From: Yuukianura sp. NJ FZ-2021
Taxonomy: Eukaryota
Assembly (NCBI GenBank): GCA_046563655.1
Contig: CM102283.1
Span: forward strand, 1,178,001-1,242,000
Direction: 5' to 3'
Length of the DNA: 64,000 nt
Position 1 is the stretch's first letter; each line of letters begins with the position of its first letter. Below, one piece after another: positions 39,442 to 51,655 of this stretch. A model generated the notes under the pieces. That model saw only the letters and a list, made by a program, of their open reading frames with translations. It was not told the DNA's origin and did no database searches. The translations under genes and the position numbers were made by a program.

Positions 39442-40352
39442 CCGTATTTTCCCTAATAGTACACCGTACTTTAATAGTACACCGGGTCCCTAATAGTACA
39501 CCGGGGTCGGGGCCCCAAAAATTAATTAGTACACCGTCCCAAATAGTACACCGGGTCTCCAATAGTACACCGGGTATTTGGTCTTTGGTAATACACCCAA
39601 GAAGTATGCCCAGTGATGCTGTATGTAAACATCCAGTGGCTTAATCCATCCGGATACCCAGCAGAATAAATGGGGTTGTAGTGGACGGTGAATGCAACAA
39701 ATTAAAAATTAGCGAAGTTCAAATAAATTTAAGTTAACTATTATAAAATAATTTATTTGCATTTTAAACCGTCTCTTGATATGCGCACCCATTGACGAAA
39801 TATCGAAAAAGTGGATTTCCAGCAACTCTGAGTATATGCCTTTGCCTACTGGAAAAGTTTAGCTATATTTAATTAAATACAGTGTTGGTGGATAGATAAA
39901 ATTCTTCTCCACTTGCCTCAAAAGTGGTGGATATATCCGGATTTTCTTGGTTTCTTCCGGACGAAACTCAATTTCGTCCATCTGAAACTGGATTTCATCC
40001 GGAGTTATCCATTTATCCAGTGGATATATCCTGTACGAAATTCTCAAAAAGTGGATATCCACCAACACTGATTAAATACAACAGAAAAAACATTAATGTT
40101 TTTTATATCTTGTTTCTACACAAATAATTCTACAAAATACACATCATTTAGAGGCTTCTTTAAAATTTTTGCAAGCAAAATTCGAATATTTCTTGCGTAA
40201 TTTCAATGAGAGGTTAGTAAAAAAATAATGCTTTTTGGAAAAAAAGAATTAATACACCGTCCCTAATAGTACACCAGGTCCCTAATAGTACACCACCCCC
40301 AGAAGTCGAAAACAAAATTAGTACACCGGGTGTACTATTTGGGAAAATACGG
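39442..40352. mobile_element. Tc2/pogo-like non-autonomous element
   Basis: TA TSD, TIR ccgtattttccc.aatagtacacc, and multiple subterminal aatagtacacc repeats at both ends. Confidence 0.85.
39880..40070. mobile_element. 191-bp hAT-like MITE nested in the pogo-like element
   Basis: TIR cagtgttggtggata / tatccaccaacactg with a perfect 8-bp TSD attaaata. Confidence 0.88.
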
Positions 40353-40941
40353 TAAGCGCAATTACGCTAATTACTAAGATGTCAAAATAAGGTATTAAAG
40401 GAAATTTCCCACACAAAATCGAATTTCGAGAAAGTTTAATAAGATAAAAGACGTATTTTCCAGAATTATATTTATAGTAATTCTTTTACTCAACTTTTGC
40501 ATGAAATGTGAGAAAAGTACTCATCGTGCAAACTAAAAAAAAGTAAAAATAAAAACTAGCAAAATCCGTTCTGAATGTTCGTTTACCTTGATTCTTTGGA
40601 TTTTTGAGTTGAACTAAAATTATAAACAAAATTAGGAAAAAAAAAACAGCAAAATATTAAGCTATTTAAATAATATAAATAAAAATACGAAAAGTAGTAA
40701 AGATGCCCTTTAGATTATAAATAGGAGGCTTCCATTAAAACCCAAAAAAATAAGTTTTCAAAAATCAAAACGTAGCACATACATATATTTTTATTATGTT
40801 TACTAAAGTTTGTTGTTGACATTTTATGAAGTACTGCAACATTTCTATTAATTACGTCCTGTTTACATTCAACGGCAGTCAGATTTTTAAACTCCACTAG
40901 TAATAAAATCATGCCGTAAGTAAAGCTGTCATATAAAAATA

Positions 40942-41080
40942 CCGTAGAGGTTCAAAAACATGGCACAAACAATGGGCGCTTAACACCAGAACCGCTATTT
41001 TGACGCAAAAGGCAAAACAGATCTTACACTTTGAGCCACTTTGAATTTGCACGCTCTAACACCAATTTGACCTCCTACGG
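40942..41080. mobile_element. Small MITE with TA flanks
   Basis: ta-ccgtagaggttcaaa ... tttgacctcctacgg-ta, an imperfect TIR. Confidence 0.5.
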
Positions 41081-41716
41081 TAAAATCTGTTTAAGATAAG
41101 GACTTAGAGTTTACTACACGCGTTGATAGTTACAGTTTTAGTTTCTAAACATGAGTGTAAGAGTTTCGACGTCAATGTGTATTCACATACTAGAGTGAAT
41201 TTAGTTGTTATCAACGAAGCCTTGTGACAAATAGACTCTATTCCAGAAAATACTGGAATCTTTTTCGATTTTGAGGTCAACTGTGCTGACCTCCTCGTGT
41301 CTTCAAATTTTTTTTGTCAACGTGACTGACTCCTCGTGTGCCAAATAGATGCAGATCCTTGCAAATTATTTCGCAAGTTCGTTAGAACTCGATCACTCCA
41401 CCGTGTCACTCGTCCAGTTAATGGGAATTTAGTGACGAACTTTTAATTTGTGAGATTTTTCTAGTTGCGAAGTTCGATCAACTACCCACGTCGTGATTTG
41501 TTTATTGTTCAGTTTCTGTTTTTCGTATTAGCGCTTATCGAGGCGTTTATCTCTACACAAAGGTAAATGTTCTCATACATTGCATAGCATACAATGTATT
41601 TTGGTCAAAGTGCAAAAATTCAAGTTAATAAAGCAGAGGTTAAGTTTTGAAAAACTAAAACTTTTGATTTTTTTTGAAAGGTGTGCACTAGCCCATTTCG
41701 AGGAAGGTCAAAAGTC

Positions 41717-43282
41717 ATGGAACTTCCAATTTTGTACTACGATGTAGACGGCACTCAAGTTTTTCGAAATGACCTTTTGGCTGAAGTTTTTGAAAAAGTG
41801 GGGTCAAGGTCATTTGCCGTTTTATCGGTAAATGGAATGCGGCAAACCGGAAAATCATCTCTGTTGACCCAGATTTTGAGATACTTGACCCCCGAATTAC
41901 CGGAAATCGAATGGAACACAACCGAAGACGAACCGAGTATCGGAATTTGCGTTTGGTCTGAACCGATTCTGGTTCGGAACGACTCCGGTCACGAACAGTG
42001 TCTGATTTTGCTCAAAACGAAAACGAGTCTCGAACCACCGGCGACATTGGAGCAAAATGCAACTGTCTCTGCCCTAAGCCTTTGTCTCTCGTCACTTCTA
42101 ATCCTTAATCTGCGCAAGTCTATTACTAAAGAGTCGCTGACTTTTCTCCAATACTTTTTGAATTTGGCCAGATCGCTCCAGGAGAGCGGGAGTTTTGAAA
42201 GGAATTTAAAATTTCAGCGAATCCTGTTTCTTGTTCGTGATATGGATCTAAGAGTGAAGGATTTTGCGCATGGGTACCACACTCCAACTTACAAACCGCC
42301 ACCTACTGCTCACTCACAAACGAACCTCTTCACGCAGATTTTTAGTATTGATCCGACCCGACAACCTCTCGAGGTACAACACACTTACCGTCAAGTTCTC
42401 TCGGCATTCCACGAACTCGGACTTTTCGCTCTGCCCGAACGGTCTCCGATTGCAACCGGACGAGAACGAATGCTTGAACTGGAATTTCAAAATTATGTTC
42501 AAATGCTGATGGATTTGCTGGTTGGTGGAGAGTCCGGATTGGTCCACTCGGAGTGCAAAAGAGTCAACGGTCTGCCGATCTCTGGGCATGACTTTATTGA
42601 CGTCATTGACCTTTATCATCGACGACTCAAACGAACCATTTCAGCTCAAAATGACGACATGTTTGGAGGTCCAGGTCACCAAAGTCGTGCCGAAATGCTG
42701 AACAGGATTGCGACTTCGAATCTGCTGAGTCTATACGTCTCTACAATCAGCGACTTCTTAGCGGAACATGGACGACGAACCGGAAAAAGTGTTATGTACT
42801 CCAAGACGTTAGCTGAGAAGATGAACTCCTTTCTAAAGATTTGTCTGGACACGTTCAGCCGTCGATTGAGTCAGGGGGACGATAACCTCAAGGTCAAGTA
42901 TCGGGAGATTTTGAGCGGCGAAATTGAAATGAAAATGAAACTGTTTGAGAGTCTGAATGAGAGTAGGTTGAAGTACGGACGGGAAGTTGGGGTTCTTCGG
43001 GCGGAAGCTACTGGAATTCTGGAGCAGCTAGACAGTCTTCGTCTCCAGAGGGATCACGCAAACGCAGAACAAGATGGACGGGCAGATGATCAGCTAGAGC
43101 GCAGTCTCCGAGCCGTTCAGGATGTTCACATTCGGAAACAGACGGAAGAGTTCGCTGGACGACTTGTTCGAATTGAGCAGAAAATTGAGGAAACGCAGCA
43201 AGAAAATGAAAAAGTTTGGATCAAATTGTTAATCTCATCCACAACATGTCTTTTTACTAAAAGAAATTATTTTTTGGGTTAA
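41717..43282 (+). CDS. Atlastin/GBP-family GTPase-like protein with C-terminal coiled coil (3' end uncertain)
   Basis: VLSVNGMRQTGKSSLL..ILRYL (P-loop), GICVWSEP, ALSLCLSSLLILNL and LFLVRD (G4). Confidence 0.75.
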   Translation: MELPILYYDVDGTQVFRNDLLAEVFEKVGSRSFAVLSVNGMRQTGKSSLLTQILRYLTPELPEIEWNTTEDEPSIGICVWSEPILVRNDSGHEQCLILLKTKTSLEPPATLEQNATVSALSLCLSSLLILNLRKSITKESLTFLQYFLNLARSLQESGSFERNLKFQRILFLVRDMDLRVKDFAHGYHTPTYKPPPTAHSQTNLFTQIFSIDPTRQPLEVQHTYRQVLSAFHELGLFALPERSPIATGRERMLELEFQNYVQMLMDLLVGGESGLVHSECKRVNGLPISGHDFIDVIDLYHRRLKRTISAQNDDMFGGPGHQSRAEMLNRIATSNLLSLYVSTISDFLAEHGRRTGKSVMYSKTLAEKMNSFLKICLDTFSRRLSQGDDNLKVKYREILSGEIEMKMKLFESLNESRLKYGREVGVLRAEATGILEQLDSLRLQRDHANAEQDGRADDQLERSLRAVQDVHIRKQTEEFAGRLVRIEQKIEETQQENEKVWIKLLISSTTCLFTKRNYFLG

Positions 43283-43412
43283 CTTTTCAAACTTGTTAGG
43301 AATTATAATTTAAAAATGTTAATTAATTTTAATTATTGTTGCGGAATTGATAAACATTTAAACTTTGAGGAAATATGTCCCGTTGTGTGAGAATGGTAGC
43401 ATGGGTTGTGTC

Positions 43413-43447
43413 CAGGGTGGGTGGATGATATCATCCACCCACCCTTG
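43413..43447. repeat. 35-bp palindromic micro-element with 8-bp flanking duplication
   Basis: Perfect 32-bp palindrome agggtgggtggatgat-atcatccacccaccct, flanked by gttgtgtc on both sides. Confidence 0.7.
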
Positions 43448-44073
43448 GTTGTGTCAATTTTTTAGTCGGGTCCTGCACAAACAAAGGTTGGAGTCAGGCT
43501 ATAAACGGTTTATTGTAACCAAAATCGTAACGCAAAAGAACACATTTGTATCCATTGAACTGTTATTGTGGATGGTTAAAACCAAGGGGTAACTGTAGAA
43601 ACACTCCAAAAACAATGACATTGCTTTAATCTTGGTGGTTACAAATTTAACTTCAGTTGTTGTGCTGCTTGGTAACAGTAGATGCATCTATGCCTTACGT
43701 CAACATATACAAAAACAACGTGTCTGTTGTCCTACGCAGAAGTTTTTTGCTTGTAAATCAAAACAAGGATAAAGAATTATGAATTTCGTAAACTTCGCAA
43801 GTTAATTGTTAATTTTCCACCAATTAATTAAATTTTGGCGGGATCTGCATTGGTTTGGTTCTCAATTCTTGACGAGGAAGGTGTTGACAAAAACGATTGA
43901 CTGAATTGTACTTAGGTAAGACCAGCTGTTTTGGTACGGAATTTACAAAGTACTCTGGAACTGGATACTAATGAGAAGTTGATTAATTCAAAATACTTAA
44001 CGGATTAAAGTAATTTGTTATGTTTTTGTTGCAGGTTGAGAGATCTTTATGAAAGGAAGTGGAGTAGAACAGG

Positions 44074-46175
44074 ATGGACATTTTGCCTGGATACTTTGAA
44101 GTAGTCGTTGTTGGTACGGGAGTTACAGAGAGTATAGTTTCTGCTGCTGCTGCTCGTCAAGGTCACTCGGTCCTCCATATTGACCCTAGAGACTACTATG
44201 GAGGAAAGTGGGCCACTTTACCATGGAACGATTGGGATTCTGGTGATTTCGCAAGGACTCCTCCAACTCTGAACCTAGATGAACAGAATCGAATTGGTAG
44301 TTTACGAAAACTTACTGGCGAAGAGGATCACTTGCATTGGAAAAACGATATTCGGGAATTGGAGAGCCATTGGTACTGTCCTGACGATTCTGTAAAGACC
44401 GAAGTCAAGTCACTCAGCAGACGGTTCAACATCGATATCGTGCCGAAGGTCAGTAAAAATAAGACTAACACAAATTACGTTTTACTTGTTTTATATTGTT
44501 GATTGTTTTCAGGTGCTGATGGCAAGGGAAGAGGTGATCGACCTGCTTATTAAATCTAACGTTTCACGATACCTCGAATTTACCTGCATCAATCGATTGA
44601 TGGCAACACTTCCACCACCAGAGCAATGCCTAATTGAGCCTATTCCTTTGAGTCGTTCTGACATCTTCTCGACCAAAACCATTTCACTTGTAGAGAAACG
44701 TCGTCTGATGAAGTTTCTCGAATTTGTGCTCAAGGCCGACCAGGAAAGTACAATCCCCATTCGGAAATCGTTTGCGGAACTTGCTGAACGACATCAACTA
44801 ACCGGCAAGGTGAGTCACCTTCTTCAATCTGCTGTGAGAACAATGGATGACTCTTTGCAGATGGGTGAAGGGAACGACGCTTTCAATCTTCGCTTTACCG
44901 AAAACTGTCGCCTTTTTCTTCAGTCCATCAATCGATACGGAAACCAAACACCGTTCCTTTGGACACTCTACGGTGTCAGTAAGTCATTCTGACTTTTCCA
45001 ACTTTTACATTCTCTGCTTAAAAGTTTGAGATTCTTTTGTTGTCAATTTCCCTAAAGTTTGCCTTTTCAGGTGAGATATGTCAGTCTTTCTGTCGTCTGT
45101 CAGCCATCTACGGAGGCACATTCATACTTAAACGGCCTTTCCAGTCGATTGCAGAGGTGGAGGAAGATGGCGGGAGTTTTCTGGAAGTGGAGACTGAAGG
45201 AGTCAATGTCAGAACAAAATTTTTGGTTCTTTGTCCAGAAGTCAAGATTGAGAAGAGAGGGAGTGTGAGACGGAAGAGCCCGAAGTGTATACAGGGAATT
45301 ACACTTGTGAGAGGAGTGTTGCTCGTGAGGGGTCCAAGGCTCAAGGAAGACACATCCGACCAAGCCCAGGATCTCGGAGAACCGGCGGAAGGAACAGGCA
45401 ATAAGAAATTGGCAATTTACCGATTCGGTGATATGGATGTCGTAGAATTGGACGAAACAAGTCTCGCCACGCCCAAAAATTTTAGTAAGTCACTCTGTTC
45501 TTTCGTTTTTAAGAGTTGGATTTAATCCATTAATCTTTGTTTCAAGTACAGAAATCACAACTTCCTTTTCATTTATTTTCAGTTCCTCTTTCCTGATTTT
45601 TTTTTCTTGTGTGGTATGCTTTATGTGCATAGTAGCTAGCAAGAATGTTGCATGTTTTTGACTTGTCCAGTACAAGGAATCTTAAGTTATTTTAAGTAAT
45701 TCTTTATGTGCTTACAGGAATGCTGCAAGTGAGTTTGCCTCACCACGAAGGCTACCCAAGTCCAAGGGAAACTGTGGAATCCCGCCTCCGGCCCTACGTG
45801 ACCTTTGCAGACCGGACGGAGCCTGACGACGAAAGCTCTGCGTCCCAGAGGACCACGACAGAAGAGAAGCCGCGCGTTCTCTACGGAAGTTATTTCCTGG
45901 CAGATTTTTATGATGACATTCGAGACGAGGATTCTCAGCATCCCAATATCTTTCACTGCAACTCCGCCTCAACGGAACTCAAGGAACATGTTGACAAGGG
46001 ACGAGAAATTTTTGAACGAATGTTTCCTGGAGAAGAATTCCTGCCTCCAGCTCCTGAGCAACAAAATGAGAGAGATGACATGGAAATGGAGAGTGATCAT
46101 GGGGAAGAAGACGGTGGAACTGAAGACAGGTACTCTGGCCAACAGCAAAATGGCAGCCAAGAAGTCAGGGAATGA
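44074..46175 (+). CDS. CHM: Rab escort protein (REP, RabGGTase component A; GDI/CHM family)
   Basis: VVVVGTGVTESIVSAAAARQGHSVLHIDPRDYYGG, RRFNIDIVPK, SNVSRYLEF, VEKRRLMKFL, GEICQSFCRLSAIYGG and FPGEEFLPPAP. Confidence 0.92.
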
Positions 46176-47553
46176 AGAAACTATGACGTCAAGACGAAGC
46201 AAAAAATTGGATCGAGGGGAATCCAAATCCGATTGTGAGATTTTATCATCCTAAAAGTTATATTTTTACTTTGAAATTCATCTTATTCTTGACTCTTTCC
46301 ATTGCGGAAATGAAATTACGCTTTATAAAAATTTTCCGGGCGTACTTTCAAAATGCAAAGTAATGGAATATTCTTGTGTCGTTTTCTTTTCAAGGCGATT
46401 TTCAAAACATCGTTGGTATTTTCAAATTATGTTGACGCCATGAGCATTTAAAAATTTTAAAACAAAATCATGAAATAACTATGTAGATTACGGTTAGATT
46501 TTAGAAAATCCTGAAATTTCGTATGTTATAGTAGATTAGCTAAGAATCGCATGACGATTTTTGATTGTAAATTTCGTTTAGCATTGCAGAGAGGCTGTAA
46601 CTGTTCACTGATTTGGATTCCCAATAAATCAAGCTGTTATTGTCTCTCTTGCTTTGTTTTTATATGATTTAATGGCGGTGTCAACTTCCGAAGTAGTTTT
46701 GAAAACGGCAATATTTTTTTCCCCTTTTTCCGAAAAAAAAATTTCAGCCTTTTTTTTTTCAAAAAAGATATTTCTTGATCTCCAGTGCTAGAAATGAAAT
46801 GAGGCTAAATATATTTTTATAAATTTTTATACAATTTAATCGATATCCAAGATATAATAACTGGTTCAATTTAGCAATTAAATAACTTTTATATTTTTAT
46901 ATTTAGATTTTTGGGCTTTTTCGAAGACTTTCTTTTTTAAACGTTCAGAGACTAAAAACGTCTTTGGCTATAAAACATTTTTCACAAGTTCAAGCTAGAA
47001 TTCGATACTACAAAATAGTTTCACTTTTGTCAAAATCTATGAACATGGACATTCACAGTTAACCTTGGTTACTTTTTTCATAACTTTTAGCAAGAGTAAC
47101 GTATAACGTTATAACCTCGTCGGAGACGTTTTAACGTTTAACGTTAATTGCTTTAGCTTAAAGCTAGGCTAAATTGACAAACCAGGTCTCCGGGACATCA
47201 CGACAATAATTTTCTAAGTTGAGGAGTTCTGACTGATCCAGAACGTGGTCAGGCATGCCGTACCAACAAACGTTGTAATTTTTGGCGGCAAAAGGTCAAT
47301 GACCTTTTGATTTGAGGTCAATGACCTTTTGGTTTGAGGTCAACGACCATTTGAGCTCAAAATAGAAGCACCATTTGTGTTTGTTTAGGTAATATTTCGA
47401 TGGAGGCTAAGCGTTTTTGGTAAGTTACTGTTAATAGACTTCCGTGTCGAACCCCGCCTTTTTTAAAATTAAATTTGACCGCCAACTTTCGAATAATTTC
47501 GAGGTCACATGATTGAAACTACTAAAAAGTCTGGCGGCAGAAATGAAAAGTGT

Positions 47554-49585
47554 TTAAACTGGTGTGCCAATGAGAGCCATGACAAAATCCGAGTCAAGGT
47601 CAAAGTCTATTTTGTCTAAATTGTTGTTCCCATTGGAATTAAGGAAAGCACCAGAGAGGGGTTGTGGGGTCGTTCTTTCTAGAAGTGGCACTGTTTCGTC
47701 CGGCACGATTTCCGAATCCGGTCCAATTTCCTGTTTGGTTACCGGTTCCGGTACAGCAGAGTTCCGATTTCTGACGGGAGAGAGTCCCGGTGTTGTGGTT
47801 GTCGGTTCTTCCAAACTGCTGCCGGTTGACAACGGTCCCTTCTCCAAAGACACTTCGACCAGTTCCTGCCTTCCGATTGGTGCCGGAGAGTTTGACGACA
47901 TGCTGTAGGTGGTCCCCGGGGGTGACGACGGGTCATACCCACCCGGACCCCCCGACACTGACGAATCCCCACTCACATTTAACTCCCAGGGACTCCCTTG
48001 TGCCCAATTGGCTCTTTTGCCCACGCGCTCTTCTGGAGTCGGCACTTTAAAGGATATGGACTCCCCGCCAGAGTCGTTTCTATTCGTCTGACTCGCGGAT
48101 TCTGCCAACTTGTGATTCGAAATCAGTAGATTCATGTGAACAGTTTCTTGACTCTGACTCTGACTCTTGCGATGAGCTAGGAAAGTTGAGTCAGCTCCAA
48201 GTGACCTTGCAGAGTGACGCCGAGCACTTAAGTGATCGAGGTGGTAGAGTTCATGATGCATGTGATGAGCGTAATGGTCGTAGTGGATGCTCATCCGAGG
48301 AGCGTGATTGGTCGGATGAGTTAGAGTAGAGAAATAGTGGGCGTGGCTATGAGATTCCCCTGGTGGGGACTTGATTGTAATACCGGCCACGGACACTCCG
48401 GATACTGTTGACATGGCACCACTCTGCGTCGAGTACTGCTTGTGAATGGAGTTGCGTGGTCGGGAGTTATATGATGGTGGTCCAGGAACGCCGAGAATGG
48501 CAGCTTTTCCCTCTTTTTTCAAAATTTGAATCTTTTCAATCATTTCACGAATTTCCCGCCTGAGAATAACTAGGAAACAGAATTTTGAAAATCCTAAAAT
48601 GCAAAACCCGAGAATAAAAAGAACGCCGCTGACCCATTCGACCCACTTGACGAGCTTATCGGCACAACCGTTTCGGTACACACGAACTTTGTTTCGTGCA
48701 CGAAACACAATTTGGGCAGGTTGGTGTGACGGTACCGGTTTGATGCCGTCGACATGTCGAACACGATGTCGTCGTTCCTCGCTGTCACCTCCGTCGTCTG
48801 GCGACTGCACCATTGTCAATGGAAGAGATCGGATCGACTCGGGTGGTGACGTCATGCCCAAAATTTCCGACAACTGAGTCTGTTTATGCAAATTTCCGCA
48901 CAGGAACGACGGAATGGCGACCTCACTCAATTCCGGAATGTCTTCACTACTTGACGGTTTTTCGGTACTCGTGTCGGAGCTAAACGTTAAATTTGGAGGG
49001 AATTTCTGATTCAAATGATGAGCGGAATGTCGTTGATGTTGATGGTTGTCGCCAGTCGGCGTTTCTCTGGGTCTCTTTCTCCGTTGATTCGAAGTTTCGG
49101 ATTTTGGGTTTCGTTTTCTGCGACTCTGACTACCGCTAATGTGCTGAACTCTGACGGTACAACAAGACTCGGGCAGTGAAGTGCCGAATCCACCCGAATC
49201 GTTGTCCCAGGAATTCGGTTTCTGATGTACCGAAGTTAGGAAACGATGAAAGTCTTGTGGACCATTGACTCCGCAGCAGTGCTCTTCTGTTTGAACACGA
49301 TTCCACACAGCAGTGAAATGGGGATCGATTGAATACTTGTTTTGAAAATCCTCTCCGAGTTTCCCGCCAATCAAATTACTTTTGATTGAGTCTAACTTGA
49401 ATACCCAGAAAACTCCAACGACAATGTCGCCAACCGTGAGGAGAAGAAGGGAAGCCCAGTATAGACTCAGTAGTTTTTCGGAGAGGTTTTTGGCACCAAG
49501 GCAACCGACGACTTGGAGCAAACCGCATTGGAGTAGCAGAGCGACGTAGGCGTAGAGAAAAGTAGGATGATACAATTCCACTTCT
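47554..49585 (-). CDS. Tetraspanin-family protein, large terminal exon (5' exons not located)
   Basis: TM2-TM3 (VVGCLGA), LEL motifs CCG, PESCC and GC, TM4, then a long Ser/His/Pro-rich tail. The acceptor ttttgcag precedes 49585. Confidence 0.8.
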
Positions 49586-51104
49586 CTGCAAAAAGAAAAA
49601 AAACACAAAAATTTCAAAACCGGGAGAATATTGCGATTTTACGCGCCTGTGAATCCCTAACCTAATTATACTCCTACTTCACGGCATAGCTTGGTGGCAA
49701 ATTTCACGCCTGAAACTGCTCTACCTGTCACAATTAGAGCGAAATTTAGAAATTTTCATTTCCTTTGAGAATTTCAATCTCCCGAGTTCAATTTACAACT
49801 TTCTGATTTGAGTTCTTCATTTGATTAAACAAAACTCTAATTTTAACACTATAATGCAATTACGCGCTTTTCGCGCCGTGATATGAATTTCTTTTAACCA
49901 TTTTTTGTGTTAAATCTGCCTTTAGTCGATTTCGCACCAATTCTTGGATTTGTACAAGCTTTGTTACGATTTCGCTTCGAGGTGTTTTTACTCCGGTCGA
50001 TGCGATTTTGCGTTAAAATTTGTTTTTAAACTGTGATGAAGCGTGATGGTACCGTTTTGTGAAAAGTGCGAATTGAAATGTTGGTGCGTTATGGTTGATG
50101 ATGCGGAAAACCTTCCACTCGTGTGCTCTGATGCGATTGTTTGTCGAGGTTTTTGTTAAATTTTGCTGAAGCATTTCTGTCATATGTATGCGCATGTGCG
50201 ACAATTCACTAAGAAGCCAATGGTTGTAAAACCTTGTGTAAAAGTGTTTTGATGTGATTGGTTGTTGAACCCGTGTGCTGGAGTGTTTTGAAGCGATTGT
50301 TCGACTAACCGTGTTCTAAGGTGCTTTGATGCGATTGGTTGTCGAACTTTGTCTGTCGTCGTATCTCTTGAATCCCTCAGTTGAAGATTTGCGCTACAAA
50401 AACTTCACGTTCTCATTTTTTGGAGAAATCTTTTAAGCGCCATTGGGATTTTGGGATTTTCTTTGTTCACCAAAGTTCAAACTTTTGTAGAAAAAAAAAG
50501 AAAAGCGGCTACTTTCTGCCGGGTTACAATCGAAGCAAATCAAATTATGGGAAAAAGTAGTGAAAGTTTTTGTGCCTGAATGAAAATCCATTTGAAGTGG
50601 ATAAAGGTTTTTGGACGGAAGAGGGTTTTGTGTACAATTCCTTCACTCATGTAGGCTCAATTTCTTCACTTCACCAACAAAAAAAAGTAACTTTGTATTC
50701 GCAAATATTGGCACACTGGGAAAACTTTTTTCCGTAGCCTTTGACCTCATCCTATCCGCCTCTGGGAGGAAATTGACCTTCTAGAAACGATTTTTAGTTA
50801 AGAGAAACTCTATGCTTGAACGACTTTTAGAAAGAAAAAGTGCTTTTTTTAAACTTAGAAAAATGGTTCTTTAGTTCAAAAAAATTGATTTTGGGAAAGC
50901 GTTTTAGCTTAAGTTACATAAAAAGTTGAATGAAAAAATGAAGATATCGAATGCGAACTTTTCATGTTAAGCCCTTTAAGAGGTCGTGTCTAGAGTATCG
51001 ATTTATCTTCTGAGTAGATGTATGCCTACCCATTAGCTACCCAATTACGCCCTATTCATCTTACATAGTAAAAGCGAAGGTGATCAGACCCAACGGTACC
51101 GCAA

Positions 51105-51655
51105 TTGTTCACGTTTAACTCCCCTGGCGCTTATTTCTAAATTTTCTTCTCGTGTTTTTCTAAAACTTAATGTCACTTCTGGAACCTCTATTTCCATTAA
51201 AGTTTAGAAGAAAGTACTGAAGTACTTTTAGTATCTCGGTGCTGAGGGCGTCTATTCTTATATAAAATTTCTAAAAGTGTTTTTACGGTAAAACTTCTCC
51301 CTGGTGCTTATTTCCAGCTTTGAAATTCCCGCAGTTTGTCTAGATCTAATCTCTTTGAGATCTTCAGATACGAGATCTTCATATTTCAGTTGAAATAAAT
51401 CTTTTAAGCTAAAGTTAGGAACGCAGGCGCCTAATTCTCACTGGGTTTCTATTTGATTACTTACGGTAAAACGTTCTTCAGCTCAAATTTTCTTTGAACA
51501 TTCCCTCACTTTTTATCGATCTTTTTTTATATGTCTCAAAGGATTGCGAGATCTTTAAAGTTCAAAAGTGGAGGAAGATATCTTGTCTCCTGTTTCAGAT
51601 TTTGAGGCATCAATTTCTCAAGAGCTTTCTAGTCGTGTCTTTACGGTAAAAATAC
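51105..51655. repeat. Degenerate ~180-bp tandem repeat
   Basis: ttacggtaaaa recurs at ~51283, 51461 and 51641. ccctgg.gcttattt recurs at ~51122 and 51299. Confidence 0.45.

Noticed and set aside
39450-39575. aatagtacacc repeats as a CRISPR-like array
   Set aside because: The context is eukaryotic, the repeats are 11 bp with irregular short spacing, and they are subterminal repeats of a TIR element.
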